Assembly (NCBI RefSeq): GCF_016432865.1
Contig: NC_067398.1
Coordinates: 125,798,001 to 125,862,000, forward strand
Direction of reading: 5' to 3'
From: Antechinus flavipes
Taxonomy: Eukaryota
Length of the DNA stretch: 64,000 nt
Shown: positions 1 through 13,227 of the stretch, piece after piece
Numbering within the stretch: position 1 is the stretch's first letter
Layout of the letters: each line of letters begins with the position of its first letter
The notes under the pieces: model-generated
The model's database searches: none
The model's input: only the letters and a program-made list of their open reading frames with translations
Told to the model about the DNA's origin: nothing
Translations under genes and position numbers: made by a program

Positions 1-670
1 TGAGAGATGTGAGTTGATACTTCAGAGTTGTTTTAATTTGCATTTCTCTAATCAGTAGTGATTTGGAGCATTTTTTTTTTTCATTTGATGGCTTTAATTT
101 TGTCATCTAGAAATTATTCATTGACCATTTATCAATTGCAGAATGACTTGTATTATAAATTTGACACAGTTCTTTTTATAATTTTAGAAATGACATCTTT
201 ATCAGAAATACTGGATCTAAAGATTTTTTTCCTAGCTTTGTACTTCCCTTTTAATATTGTTTCTGTTGCTTTTGTTTGTGCAAAATCTTTTTAATTTAAT
301 GTAATCAAAGTTAGCTATTTTGTCTTCTCTGATTCTTTGATCATAAATTCCTCTCTTCTCCAAAGCTCTGGTAAGCAAATTATCCCTTGATCTCCTACTT
401 TGTTTATGGTATTAACTTTTATGCCTAAATCATGTATCCATTTAGACCTTATTTGGTATGGGGTGTGAGATGTCTGTGCCGAGTTTCTGACATAGTTTTC
501 CAGTTTTTCCAGCAATTTTTGGCAAATAGTGAGTTCCTATTCCAAAAGCTAGATTTTAGGGGTTTATCAAATTTTAGATTATTACAGGCCTTGATTATTA
601 TGCCATATGTATTCAATTTATTCCATTGATCCACTAACCTATGTCTTAGACAGAACCAAATGCTTTATAA
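1..670 (-). mobile_element. LINE-1 ORF2 C-terminal fragment (decayed)
   Basis: ORF 449..634 DQWNKL...NNLKFDKPLKSSFWNRNSLFAKNCWKNW...LTPHTK resembles the L1 ORF2 post-RT region; frameshifted. Confidence 0.9.
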
Positions 671-1639
671 TATAGTTTTAGGTTTAGTATGTAGTAAAAA
701 CTTAGTAGCTATTTAAAAGACACTAGTTTGGAGGAAGACTTCATCATTTTAAAAATTGCATATAGTCAAAATCTCTTTTTATAATCAAGAAACAATAAAT
801 TGCTGTACTAAAAATAATATCAGTTTTGGAGTCAAGTGATCACTCCATTAAAAAACTTCATAATAGAGAGGGAAGCTAGGCATATTTTATTTAACAAATG
901 TTCAAGTTTTTGGGAAAACAGATTTAAACGGATTCAGTTAAAGCATTAGAGAAAACAGTGGCTGAATATCTGTAGCAGAAGTCTGTCCAAGAGGGATAGA
1001 TGCTCTGAGACAGAGATTCTAAAGACACAAGAAGAAATGATAATAAAAAGAGTAGCTGCTTAAACTTAAAGAGAAAGTTATGGCTTCCCTTGTAATTTTT
1101 TTCTTTACTACTTATTTATTCTGTTGTTTTATAATTTATTCTATCTCATGTAGTTTTCATTTATTTCTTGAAATATAGCTCTGAAAAACCAGTCTTTTAA
1201 AAAGCCCACTGAGATTCAAATGGAGCTACTGGACTATTATTTTAAACCCAAATCACTCTCTGTGATTGATTAACAATAGGTCCCAGCCTCATATAGGTTT
1301 AGTGACTTTTTCAGGTTTTCTAAGGCAAGCCTTGAAGCTGGGCCTTCTTAACTCCAAGTACAATGCTATCTTATTTACTATACCACATTGCCTTCAAGGA
1401 GGTGGTTAACAAAAAACTATTTACTTTCCTAGGAAAAATATAGCTATATATGGAAAGATATGTCACCTATAGATTCATCATTTAATTATGAATTCTCTGA
1501 TCATGACAACCCATGAAACAAAAATACAAGATGCTTGTATCCTGTGGTATCTACTCTGCAGTGATGGTACATATTAGTGGAAATAAAGTTTTATGAATAG
1601 TTCAGTTTTTAGAAGTTAGTTTTTGTTACCCTAAATGTG

Positions 1640-2290
1640 GATCTCCAGTGACCAAGATCTCACCATGATTATTGCTTAGTGGATTATTTTTAAAAGTACT
1701 TTGATACATTACTGCAAATACCTTATAGATTTTGTTTCAACAAAATGTCACTCATTTTTCCTATGTCAAAATGATATATAAAGTTCCTTGAAAGATGAAA
1801 TGAGAGAAAACTTGCTTCAATGACTCTTGATATTTCAAATCAGGAAAGTCACAAAACAAGTAGTTGTATACTTGCCAAAAAGTATTTGGTACTATCATGG
1901 AGGCTAATCATTCAAAATAATTTGAGTCAATCATCCCTATAGGAAAAATCTAATTAATGGATATTTGGGGTCTAGTCTATGATATATAGTTGGATAGACC
2001 ACTCATTGGATTGATTTAGTAGCATATATTACTTGGATAGACAATTTTTATCTTCAATAAAGAGGTTATAGAATTTAATTGGAGAAAGTAGAATGGATTG
2101 TTTTTGGGAAATTATACATTGTACATGACTAGCATTTTCTCTTTAAAAATTCATTTTTTATTATCTGTTTTTCTAGTAATTTTTATAGCTGTTAAAGAGA
2201 GAGATATGATGGACATAAGCTACATCATATCACCAATGAATAATTTTTCAGAAAGAAAAACTATGTAAAGGGTTCATTAGACACATCTAT
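1640..2290 (+). mobile_element. RTE-clade LINE remnant, reverse transcriptase part
   Basis: Decayed VDYxKxFD-like motif (gtggattat...aagtactttgat near 1680-1705) and KQxxxxxPK-like motif near 1855-1880; AT-rich and heavily mutated. Confidence 0.6.
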
Positions 2291-2519
2291 GACCTAAAAA
2301 GGAAATGAGGCAGTAGATTTTTCTTAACTGGAAGTTAAGTTGGATGATCACTTGACATCAATATTGGATAAGGGTTTGTTTTTTTGTTTTTTGTTTTTAG
2401 TTACGGGTTGGCTTAGATATCTTTTAAGGTCCTAAGTCTTAAGATTTTTGTGATTCTATGACACACAGATTTTCCTTCTCTATTAACAACAGATAAAATT
2501 GTCTACTCTAGATTATCAT

Positions 2520-3480
2520 CTATGAAAGTCTCCCTTTTGATATACCCTCAATACATGCATTCTCATGAAGATTTTAGAGAGATGAGGAAGTAGGTATGTG
2601 TTGGGTAATTACTGCTTTATTTTCAGTTTCCTTTTGGTGCAGTAATATTATCCCTTTTCCTTTTTTGTTTATATTTTTCCCCTGTGAGGCTTAGAAAATT
2701 AGTCACTAATTACCACTGAGATTATGCTCTCTTAAAACATGGATTTCTTTTGTTTCCTTTTTTGTCAATTCCAATCTTTCTCCATGATTTAATTTTCTTG
2801 GGTGCCATTTCTACTTATTCATATATGTAGCAAATTTCATACTCAGATATTAGTCTCTAAATATGGTTTCATCACTCTTTGTTAAGAATAGATCACTAGA
2901 GGAAATGGCAAATCTGGTTTATTATACATCTACTTGTGGTTCTTCTTGGGTTACCTGTACTTTGGATTCAATGTAAATCATGATTCATAATACTGAGATT
3001 CATGCTAAGATTCTTATAAACTCTTTCCTTTTGATTTTTAGTCCTTTGAGATGAATATTGATCTTTTTTGATTTTTTTTCTTTAGTCAGCCGATTCACAG
3101 AGCTGATTCTGAAGTAACTCATCTTAGTAATAAGCTATTCCTTGACTGTAAAGCTATAGTAAATTTCACTTTTGTGTATAATTTTATTTAGATCTTTTGC
3201 ACTCTTTTCCTGAAGAAACTCCCCCCATATATAAACATGTTTCTAAGTTTCAAGATTTTAGTTTTTCTTAATTCTGATTCATATTTTCCAGTATGTTTTT
3301 CCTTGTGTACATCTTCTAATTGATGTCCTTGAATATCAATAAAATTGCATGTTGTATTGATTTGAAGGACTTTATCAAACTTCTGAAAGGATTTTTCCAC
3401 TAATTCTTCTTTTGTAATCAGTCTTGATCTATCAACTGTATTCACTGTTGCCCCTTTATGTATGCTCATCATCAGTGCTA
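2520..3480 (-). mobile_element. RTE-clade LINE remnant, endonuclease to start of RT
   Basis: ORF 3188..3472 (EELVEKSFQKFDKVLQI...EKHTGKY...FFRKR) aligns by eye to the RTE APE domain EEVEKFYEELDKTLQI...EKYxGKY...FFxKR; continues into TKxEI and decayed RT-start motifs. Confidence 0.7.
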
Positions 3481-3558
3481 CAAAGAGAGGACCAAATACT
3501 CTATGTAGTAGTGTTTCTTCTAGTCCTCCTTTCTTCTCCCTAGAGAATTGATGAACCC

Positions 3559-3561
<3 letters not shown>

Positions 3562-3602
<41 letters not shown>

Positions 3603-3625
3603 CCCACACACACACACACCCACAT
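3562..3625. repeat. (CA)n microsatellite
   Basis: about 19 perfect CA units plus an interrupted tail. Confidence 0.98.
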
Positions 3626-4287
3626 ACATTTTTTTCCTTTATGTCTTCTGGTTTCACTTATAAGGAATGCTAATGTGAATAGACTAAACTGACTTGCTAA
3701 GTTGTTGGAAATTTATGTTCTAAATTTGCTGTGTTCTTTGTGCTCAGACAGCTTTCAAGTCCAGCACAACTAAATATCATATGTAGACTATCAACTAATG
3801 TTGATAGGTTGTTAAATAATTTCTACAACAGGATAGTCAAGAGCCCAGAAACTGCCATTTTTTACTCTACCACCATCATTAGTAAAATAAAATGGGATCA
3901 CACTAGATCAAAAGACATTTTTAATAAACTTTTTCATGGGTCATAATGCACATCATATATTGGTCAACTTGTTGATAATGAGCCTTTTCATACTTAACCT
4001 GGAGGAAGACTTGAAAATCAGAATCTTTTTAAGATTGTACTTGCTGAACATGTCAAGTCCAGAACATAAATTTCCTTCCCTTTAGCATTATCAAATCCTC
4101 ATTCGCTTTTTCTCCTTCTCTTCCCCTTCTCTTTCCCAAACTTGAATTTGATTTGGAGTCATTTATAAAATTGTTTCCTCTATAGCTAACATTTATATAG
4201 TATTTTAGGATTGTTTTCAATACAATTTCTAATATTAACTTCCAAATAGGATCAATCATGGAAATCCACAAATGGAAATTGGATAAG

Positions 4288-4395
4288 ATCCCTGAGGAAG
4301 ATTAATGGCAAACCACTCCAATATTTTTGCCAGAAAATCCAAAAAAAATGGGGTCACAAAGAGTCAGAAGTGACTGAAATGACTGAACAACAAAC
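4288..4395 (+). mobile_element. MAR1/RTE-derived 3' tail fragment
   Basis: atggcaaaccactccaatatttttgccagaaaatcc...ggggtcacaaagagtcag...gactgaacaacaa. Confidence 0.8.
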
Positions 4396-5774
4396 AGGAA
4401 TAAATAAGGCTATAAAAGCAAGAGATGGAAAAGACATGAAGACTTCCAATTCTAAGCTGGCCCTGGTTTTAGATGGAATTTTTTGTTCTTTATTAGCTCT
4501 TAGTTTTGTTTCCCTTCTCTCTTTTCAAAAAGTTTAAGACTGTTAACAAAAATATATGTAAATTAGTAGCAAAGGAGGAAAAAAAAACCTCCAATAACCA
4601 AGAAGTGAACATCTTTAGTTAATTGTGCACTTGTTAGGGTGGTGCCCTTCTTACAGGGTTTTTGATAACTTAAAGTCATATCTTGTGCTTGTCTTAATTC
4701 CTTCTAGCTCTAAGAACTATAGATACAGTGGAGTGAAGTATGGGTCAAATAATGTTATGTGGAAACCTTTATCTGTAGACCCATTCTTAGCTTCTGCATT
4801 AGTCATCAGAAAAGGTTCATTTTCATTTTATTTGAAAATGATGAAAAATGTGTGTATAAAGGCCAATTAAGCAATAGTTCTCATTTCTTTCTCTGACCTT
4901 TGGCTCCTCTTTGCTGGCAGAGTTGTCTTTTGAGCTAGGTCAGCCAAACCAAATGCTTGTGATTTACCAGAAGGCTCCTATCTCTTACTGTGGGGTTAAA
5001 GGGCAGGGTGCAAGATTGCAAAATATGAGCACAAAGAACACAGAAAATACAATCTAAATATTATTTATAAATTCATTAAAAGGCTAAATAAGATGACAAA
5101 CTCTAATAGAGACTTAAAGACACATGGCTGCTCTTCAGGAATAGGCTACTCTGTAAATTTCAGCAAAATTCTTATAAATTCTTACTTATATTATGATCCC
5201 AGAGGACAGTGTTTTTCAGATGACCGTGGCTTAAAAGTTTGTTATTTTTGTGGGAAGAGGTATCTTACTTTTTTTGTTTTTAATTATCCTTATCCTTGGG
5301 GTAATTTTTCCACTGGACAGTTCATAAGGTTGGTACCTGTCCCTACCTGTAAGCAGGCAGGCTATAAGGTTTCAAAAAAATATTTCATTAAGACAAAAAG
5401 AAATGAACAAGTCATTTCTATTTAAAACACTGGAGTTAAGAGATCCAAGAACTTGGGCTTGAGTTATGGTTCTGACTTTACTAGCTGTATGACCACAACC
5501 AAATTATATAATATATCTGAATTTTACTTTTATCATCTGGAAAATGGGGATATTATTTGGATCACTTGCCTTCTGTGAGAAAAGTATATGAAAACCTTAA
5601 AAACATACCTGAAGATATTTTAATCCTGTAAGTATAATATCACTTGAATTTACTGTCAATATTTTCAGTGTCCTATACAGTATTTATATCACTTCTCTGA
5701 AATTCAGTCCTCTGTGCTAATCCCATGAAGTCTGCTGTGCTTCCTGCTGCCATTGACTTTTAAAAAAAATTATA

Positions 5775-6740
5775 TAGCTTTTAATTCACAAGATATATGC
5801 ATGGGTAATTTTTCTGCATTGACAATTGCAAAACCTTCTGTTCTAACTTTTCCCCTCCTTCCCCTCACTCTCTCCCCAAGATGGCAGGTTGATCAATACA
5901 TGTTAAATATGTTAAAGTACAAGTCAAATATTATATATATATATACACATGCCCATACAGTTATTTTGCTGTATAAAAAGAATTGGACTTTGAAATAATG
6001 TACAATTAGCCTGTGAAGGAAATCAAAAATGCAGGCGGACAAAAATAGAGGGGTTGGAAATTCTATGTAGTGGTTCATAGTCATCTCCCAGAGTTCTTTC
6101 GCTGGGTGCAACTGGTTCAGTTCATTACTGCTCTATTAGAACTGATTTGGTTCATCTCATTGCTGGAGATGGCCACGTCCATCAGAATTGATCATCATAC
6201 AGTATTGTTGTTGAAGTATACAATGATCTCCTGGTCCTGCTCATTTCACTCAGCATCAGTTCGTGTCATTCCAGGCCTTTCTGAAATCATCCTGTTGGTC
6301 ATTTCTTACAGAACAATAATATTCCATAACATTCATATACCACAATTTATTCAGCCATTCTCCAGTTAATGGGCATCCACTCAGTTTTCAGTTTCTGGCC
6401 ACTACAAACAGGGCTGCCACAAACATTTTGGCACATACAGGTCCCTTTCCCTTCTTTAAAATCTCTTTGGCATATAAGCCCTGTAGTAACACTGCTGGGT
6501 AAGGGGATGCATGGTTTGATAACTTTTTGAGCACAGTTCCAAATTGCTCTCCAAAATGGCTGGATGTGTTCACAATTCCATCAACAATGTATCAGTGTCT
6601 GTTTTCCCACATCCCCTCCAACATTTCACATTATCTTTCCCTGTCATTCTAGCCAATCTGATAGGTGTGTAGTGGTATCTCAGAGTTGTCTTAATTTGCA
6701 TTTCTGATTAATAATGACTTGGAGCATTTTTTCATATGCC
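5775..6740 (-). mobile_element. Relatively young LINE-1 3' end (5'-truncated)
   Basis: ORF 6388..6573 YAKEILKKGKGPVCAKMFVAALFVVARN is the L1 ORF2 C-terminus, followed by a marsupial-type L1 3'UTR. Confidence 0.93.
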
Positions 6741-7334
6741 ATTGACTTTCAAATCCTCATTTGCTTCCTCTCCTGTCTGCTGCCACGTATTGGCATCCTT
6801 TTTCAAACACAGGCATCTGGGTAACCCAGGTACTAGTAGAGGGAATCTGTGAATTTCTTTCCCAGCAATTATATTATATTATATTAATATATATATTATA
6901 TGGAATTATAGCTACTCCCTACAGAGCGCACAGAACCCACTGTATAGTGCCTAAGAGAAACTATTATCTGTACCCTTTTTTGATCTCTACACACATTTTC
7001 AGGATTGCTTCCAAGACAACCCATTAAAGACATATTAAACCCATACTAATGATCTTGAGCATCACATATAATTTGCCTTCCAGGTAGTTGTAAAGGGCTG
7101 TGGAAAGTATTAAAAAAGTAACTTCATGGAAAAAAAGTTAAGGGTCCAAGATGATTTTAATTTTCAGATTTTGGTAAATTGGGAAAATAGTGGTATCATT
7201 AAAAGAAATAGAAAACTCAGGAAAAAGCTGGTTTCAGGGGAGAGATATATAGTTTTAAATATATTGATCTGGAAGTGACAGTATAACCAAGAAACAAGCT
7301 TTTATTAAGTGCATTCTAGACACCAACAAGGTTC

Positions 7335-7550
7335 AGTGAATAAGAATGCTGGGCCTGGAGTCAGAAAGACTCTTCTTCTTGAGTTCAAATCTGGCTTCAG
7401 GCACTTACTAGCTGTGTGACTCTGGATAATTCACCTGTTTGCTTCAGTCCTCCTCTCTAAAATGAGCTGGAGAAAGAAATGACAAGCCACTCCAGTATCT
7501 TTGCCAAGAAAACCCTAAATGAGGTCATGAAGAATTGGAGATGATTAATA
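7335..7550 (+). mobile_element. MAR1 CORE-SINE
   Basis: tRNA-like head ctggagtcag...gagttcaaatc, CORE, and RTE-like tail ccactccagtatctttgccaagaaaacc. Confidence 0.85.
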
Positions 7551-8129
7551 TGTCTAACCTACGAAAATGTTGCCAGTAATAAGCTAAATGTTTTACAAGC
7601 AACTCATTTGATCCTCACAACCCTGAGAAGAAGTGCTACCTCTTATCTTCATTTTATAGCTGACAAAATTGAATCAGACATTAAGTGACCTATCAAGAGT
7701 GGCACAGCTAGTAAATATCTGAGACCAGATTTTGAATTCAAGTCGTTCTGTCTTTAAGCCCAGTGTTCTATTTACTGAGACATTTAACCATCTCTGGGCA
7801 ATAGGATATTTAAGTGAAAATGTCTAGCAGACTATTAGAGATATAGGATGAAATGTGGCATGTCAGAGTTGGAGATAGAGATTTAAAGTCATCTACATAG
7901 GAGTGATGGTTGAAATGGAGAGAAACCAAAAATTTTAGAGGGAAAGCCTTGAGAAAGGAGAAGATTTAGGATTTCAATTGCTCCTGTAGCCTCAAGTGAT
8001 GATTGATGGTACCACAATACAACTGTTGCTCTTGGGTTCTTATCAGTTGGCAAAACAAAAAAGTTTAAAGAGGGATCCGTGCAATACACATTTGCACATC
8101 CCTGATTCTCACAGTAGTGGCTTCTGTAA

Positions 8130-8590
8130 TAGAGATTGCCAGGTGTTATAGTGATTAAAATACTGGGCCTGGAGTCAGGAAGAGTATACTTCAAATTTGA
8201 CTTCAGACACATTAGCTGTGTAACCCTGGGCAATTTAGTTAACCTCTGCTTGCCTTAATTCCCTCACCTGAAAAGGAATAATATGATAGCATTTATTTCA
8301 CATAGTTGTTATAAGGATCAAATGAGAGAATATTTGGAAAGCATTTGGCAAATAGGAACATCTAAGTGCTATGAGAGAGTACTGGACCTAGAATCAGAAA
8401 GACTATTTTAACTGAGTTAAAATTTGATCTCAGATACTTATTGTGGAACTGTGGCAAATCACTTAATCTGTTTTGCTTCAGGTTCTCATATGTAAAATGA
8501 GATGCAGAAAGAAATGGCAAATCACTTCAGTATCTTTGCTAAGAAAACCCTAAATGAGGTCACAAAAAGTCAAACATAACTAAACAACAA
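8130..8590 (+). mobile_element. MIR-type SINE followed by a MAR1 SINE
   Basis: two successive CORE-SINE heads; the second ends in cagtatctttgctaagaaaaccctaaatgaggtcac...aacaacaa. Confidence 0.8.
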
Positions 8591-9894
8591 AACAGGTAGT
8601 TAATATTTGCTCTTTTCTCTCTTTGCACTCCCACACCATCCTTCATCCCCAAAGAATTCCCTTCTCCATATTGTAAGGTTTGTCTTCAGTTCTCAACTCC
8701 CTTTTCATTTAGATGTTTCCCTTAGCATAGCTTGGGTCCAAGTGCCCTCATGTCTATAAGGTCATTGACACAATAACTCAGCAGGATCTTTTCTCTTGAC
8801 AGAATTTGTCAGTATCACAACTGGTATTTTCCATTTTACTTCTCCTATTCTCAGGAAGGCAATTTTATTTTTCAAAGCTTCAGTTATTTTAGGTATATAT
8901 TGAGAAATACAATGTCTAAGGTTTCCTGATTGGCTTTGAGGATTGCCTGAGAAAAGGGAGCATGTATAGAGCTTATGGTAGCTTTTTTAATAGCTTTAAC
9001 TGATATGTCTTTTACTTCCTTAGTCATGAATAAGGACTACATATAGCTAAAAATATTTTATTGATACTTTTTCACAACTCCTTCCTGAAAGCCACAGCAA
9101 GTTTTTGGTGTCTCCAGGAGCCTCAGAGGTTGAATGCCAGGGGAAGGAGATTAAACAAGTGTGTTATCATCACATGGTTATCCTTTGATCACTACAAAGA
9201 ACAGCTAACTAGAATGGACACTTTCATAGTCAACTAAACATAGAAAAGGTATTTTCTGCTATCTCAGAGGCTTAACCCAAATGCCCCAAAGAAGCAGTGA
9301 TATGGGCAAATTATTAGGAAATTAAGAGCAACATTTTAAAACTAATGATCTTGCTTCTGATGCAAGAATATATTTCATCCCTACCCATTCAAAAGACCTT
9401 TTGTGCTTTTGAGAGGAGTAGTACATTGTATATATTTTTCTGTGCTCAAATTTGTGAGCTAAAGCAAGTGGGTTTGTGATGGGCTTAATTAAGGATCTGG
9501 ATTTTTGTCCTGGGTCTGTTGCAAACTAGTTTTGTGATTTGAGGGAATGTTTTGCAGCCTTTCTAGGTCTTAGTTTTTTTTTTTCCACCTGCAAAAGGAA
9601 AAGATAGGACCAGATGATCTCTAAAGTCTATTCCAACTTTAAAACTCAGTGATTCTGGGTTTTAACTATTAGTTATTCTATTATATTCTATTATAAACGA
9701 TTAGTGATTCTACTAGTGTCTGATACTGTGTCTGGCAAGTTGTGGTAAAAAGTTAATTTTCTACATTGTGTTTGGTGGCCCATTTGCCTACTTCAAGAAT
9801 CTGTGAGGTCCTACAGCAATGGTATAAAACATATCGAACAGGGCCATTAATCTATCCATAAGGATTCCTGTGGCTGAATATTAGTTTAGTTTTA

Positions 9895-10025
9895 AAATAC
9901 ATTATCTAGGTTTTAGTTTATTTTTATTTATTTTGTTAAATATTTCCAAATTACATTTTAATCTGGATTAAACCACACCAGGAGTGTTTTGGGAAAGTCT
10001 CCATGCCTTATGTTTGACACCTCTG
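9895..10025. mobile_element. hAT-type MITE remnant
   Basis: ttacattttaatctgg...tgtttgacacctctg end typical of non-autonomous hAT elements. Confidence 0.5.
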
Positions 10026-11713
10026 ATCAAGTATACTTTACCTAGAAGAGTGGATTAAATGGAATAGTAGTAGTTCAGGATAAAATGATCACATACAATG
10101 GCTGTGCAAAATAAAACAAATAGTTATTTGGCTCAAGTCCATTTAAATTCTACTATATCCCCAAAATCCTAAGATCAAATGAATGGGTAGGCAGCACAGC
10201 ACTTCCTAATGTTCAATAAATACTAAATGGAATTAAAATCTATAGGGAGAGTATTACTAGATCTTGGACTAGTAGAACAGCCTTTGCTTTAACTGAATGG
10301 GAGGATAAAACGACCAGCCAGGCAATTATTATTAATCAAGCCGTCATTATGTACACAAGACTGTGCGACACCATGGCAAGGCTTACCGAAGAAATCCAAG
10401 TCATGGAACGTGTCATTGAATTGCTTCTAATCTTACTAGGGTTATCTTGTTGTGTGAGATGGTTGAACATAGTCACATAAAGAGCTTTCACATTGTACTT
10501 TGTCATTCCTAAAGGTCATCTAACTGAAACCAACCTGTGAGGCAGGTCAGCTAAACTCCTATGCCCTGCCTCCAGTGCTCAGATGAGTCCCACTTATGGG
10601 GTCTTACTCGGTCCACTGACGGTTCTGGGAGGCCAAACATATTCCCAGGGCTAGATGATTGGGTAGGGTTCAAACTAGTAACAGAGTATAGGAAGGACAT
10701 TAAGACAAAATAGAAAGGGAATCATCAATGATTTTGGGGGAAGAATGGAGGAAAGATTATATAGTCTTGGAGGCTTAGAAAAAAATAAAAATACTACCAT
10801 CACCACCCCCAATCCCTTACCATGCTCTAGAAGATATAGAAACAGAAGTTTTGGAATGCAAATGAGGTCCTTGAGAAGAGAGACTCTTTCCCCTTCTTTT
10901 GTACCCCCAGTACTTAATACAGTGCCTGGCACATAATAGACGTTTAATAAATGCGTACTGAATGACTTTTAGAGCAAAAAGTTTCTTTCACAGAAAACAA
11001 GTGATAAATCTTAGCTTATAAATTACATTTGAGAAGATAGAATGATGTGCCCAAGTTGGTAGTCAGGAAGATGTGAGTTCAAATCTTATTACTTACACAG
11101 CTTGGTTTGAAACAAATAAGCTTTACCTTGGAAAATTGTTTGAGTTCTCTGAGTCCCAGGCAAATCTGTTCTTTTAAGGTATACTTTGTTGCTATTTTGG
11201 TCATCGCAGGGAGATCACATGATGACAGAATCACAAATCCTTTAGCTACTGAAGACTTGGGCAAATTAATAGTGATTGTAAGACTACTTGTTAAATGAGA
11301 GAGAGGTGTCTGGGTCACGCTGCTTCCAGTGGGGACAGAGATGGAAGAGGAAAAGATAATATGTGGAGAATGATCATGACTTCCACTTGGGAAACTTAAA
11401 AACAATACCTTAATAGGCTTTTCTGAAATTTTCTGGAATTTTGAGATTTCTGGGAGCAAGGACAAATCTGACAAAAACTTGTGGGAGAGGAGGTACTACC
11501 AGATGAGTCAAAGAAGTGCCCCAGAAATGAAATATTGGGGGCACTAGTTGTGCCAGAATTCAGACTGGCATGGTAGCGTCTGAATCTGGAGAAGAGTAAG
11601 CTACTATTGTGACAAGATTGCAAGCTCTCACGTGCTAGCCCTTTCCTGGGACACTGCAGAATTATGAGGGATTAGGATGAAGACTAGATTCAGTCATATA
11701 AAAAGCCCAGCAG

Positions 11714-11719
11714 TTTATT
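11714..11719 (-). terminator. MROH2B: Polyadenylation signal AATAAA of MROH2B
   Basis: tttatt on + strand, 10 nt downstream of the stop codon on the - strand. Confidence 0.65.
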
Positions 11720-11729
11720 TCCTGACAGT

Positions 11730-11879
<150 letters not shown>

Positions 11880-12144
11880 TTAGAGATCATAACTGGAGGG
11901 GCAACACAAAATCAGATCAAACAAGTTTTGCCTTGTAGGGCCAATTCCCCAACTCAGGTCGCAGGTATTAATGACAGCAATTCACATTTATATAATGCTT
12001 TTAAGTTCTGAAGAATACTTTCCTCACCACAACCCTTTGATAGATGCTGAAAGAATGTTTTCTATTTTATGGAAGAGAAAATTGAAGCACAAAATTATTC
12101 GATGAAGGAGTACTAGAAAGGAGATTTGAACTTAAGATAATTCT

Positions 12145-12400
12145 CTCCCTTTTTCCTTTCCTTCATTCTTCCCTCTCTGTCTTCTTTCTTTTTTCCTCCT
12201 CTACTTTGCCTTCTTCCCTTCTTCCTTTCCTTCCTGCTTTTCTTGCCTTTCCTTCTTCTTCCTTTCCTTTCTCCTCTCTTCTTTTCCTCCTCCCTTCTTC
12301 TTTTCTTCCTCCCCTTCTCTCCCTCCTTTGCTTTTTTCCTCCCTTTCTTTTCTTTTTTTCTTGTGTCTATATCACTCCTTTCCTCCTTCCTTTCTTCCAA
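12145..12400. repeat. Long polypyrimidine/polypurine low-complexity tract in intron 41
   Basis: about 255 nt of almost pure C/T on +; source of the spurious K/R/E-rich and F/L/S-rich ORFs at 12113-12500. Confidence 0.95.
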
Positions 12401-13161
12401 TGTTTTTATAGATATCTCTGTTATTTGCAATGCTCTCTTCCTCTACCAAAAAGAATCTTCCTTTAGAATAGAGAAGGTACAGCATAACAAATCCATCTGA
12501 AACACAAAGATTGCTTGGCTCTGGGTTTATCATTCTTCCCCTATATTCTTCTGCCATCTTTCTGGGGCAGGGATATTGATTGCAGCTATTTTGAGAAGTC
12601 AAGAATTAACATTGTATTGATCTGAGTTTAGATGTTTCAGTGTTGCTTTCTTTTACCTTATTATATTCATTGTGTATCATCCTTCCTCCCTAATAGCCAC
12701 CATAGCTCACAATGATACACCACTTTAAGGTTTTCAAAGCAGTCATTATTTTATTAGTTTCTCACAACTCTGTAAAATAGGTGTTATTATTATCCCCACT
12801 CTACAGATGAGATCCATTACCTCACTTAACCTGTAGCAAATGGGAGAAAGGATCCTCTGTTTACGGGTTGTGGGGAAGAAAAGAACCTCGCCTTAGATCT
12901 CAGCAGTCTTGTAGGAAATTAGAAAGTAGAAGCAGGTTGACACTGATTGCTGGGAGTGGGGCTCAGTAATTGGTATTGGACTCTAATCTGAGTTTGGAGT
13001 TCTTGAGAAATTTCTCTCTCTATGGATTCTCTAACTTTGATTCAAGTGCCTCAAGCAGCGTATCAAAGTTTTCAGGTTCACCCAGAACTCAAGTAAGCAT
13101 AATATTACTTTTTTTTTTGGATACAGCTCTGAGCTAGGCAAAAATTGTATTTGGTACTTAC

Positions 13162-13227
13162 ATGAATCCAATTGTTCTCGGTCCAGCATCTCCAAGAACT
13201 GAGGTGTCACATTTTGAATAATGGCAT
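13162..13227 (-). CDS. MROH2B: MROH2B exon 41 (66 nt)
   Basis: tttag|AT GCC ATT...TCA T|gtaagt; (D)AIIQNVTPQFLEMLDREQLDS(C); phases match both neighbours. Confidence 0.93.

Noticed and set aside
3188-3472. 94-aa ORF considered as a novel gene or endogenous viral element
   Set aside because: Aligns by eye to the RTE retrotransposon endonuclease domain and continues into decayed RTE sequence.
11079-11474. 131-aa minus-strand ORF downstream of the MROH2B stop
   Set aside because: Its 3' part runs through a MIR remnant, it has no recognisable domain or splice support, and it lies beyond the polyA signal.
1-11700. Search for the 3' end of complement C7, the neighbour of MROH2B in human
   Set aside because: No exon resembling the recalled C7 C-terminus was seen on the + strand; it presumably lies left of the window.
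12113-12602. K/R/E-rich and F/L/S-rich ORFs
   Set aside because: Translations of a polypurine/polypyrimidine tract.
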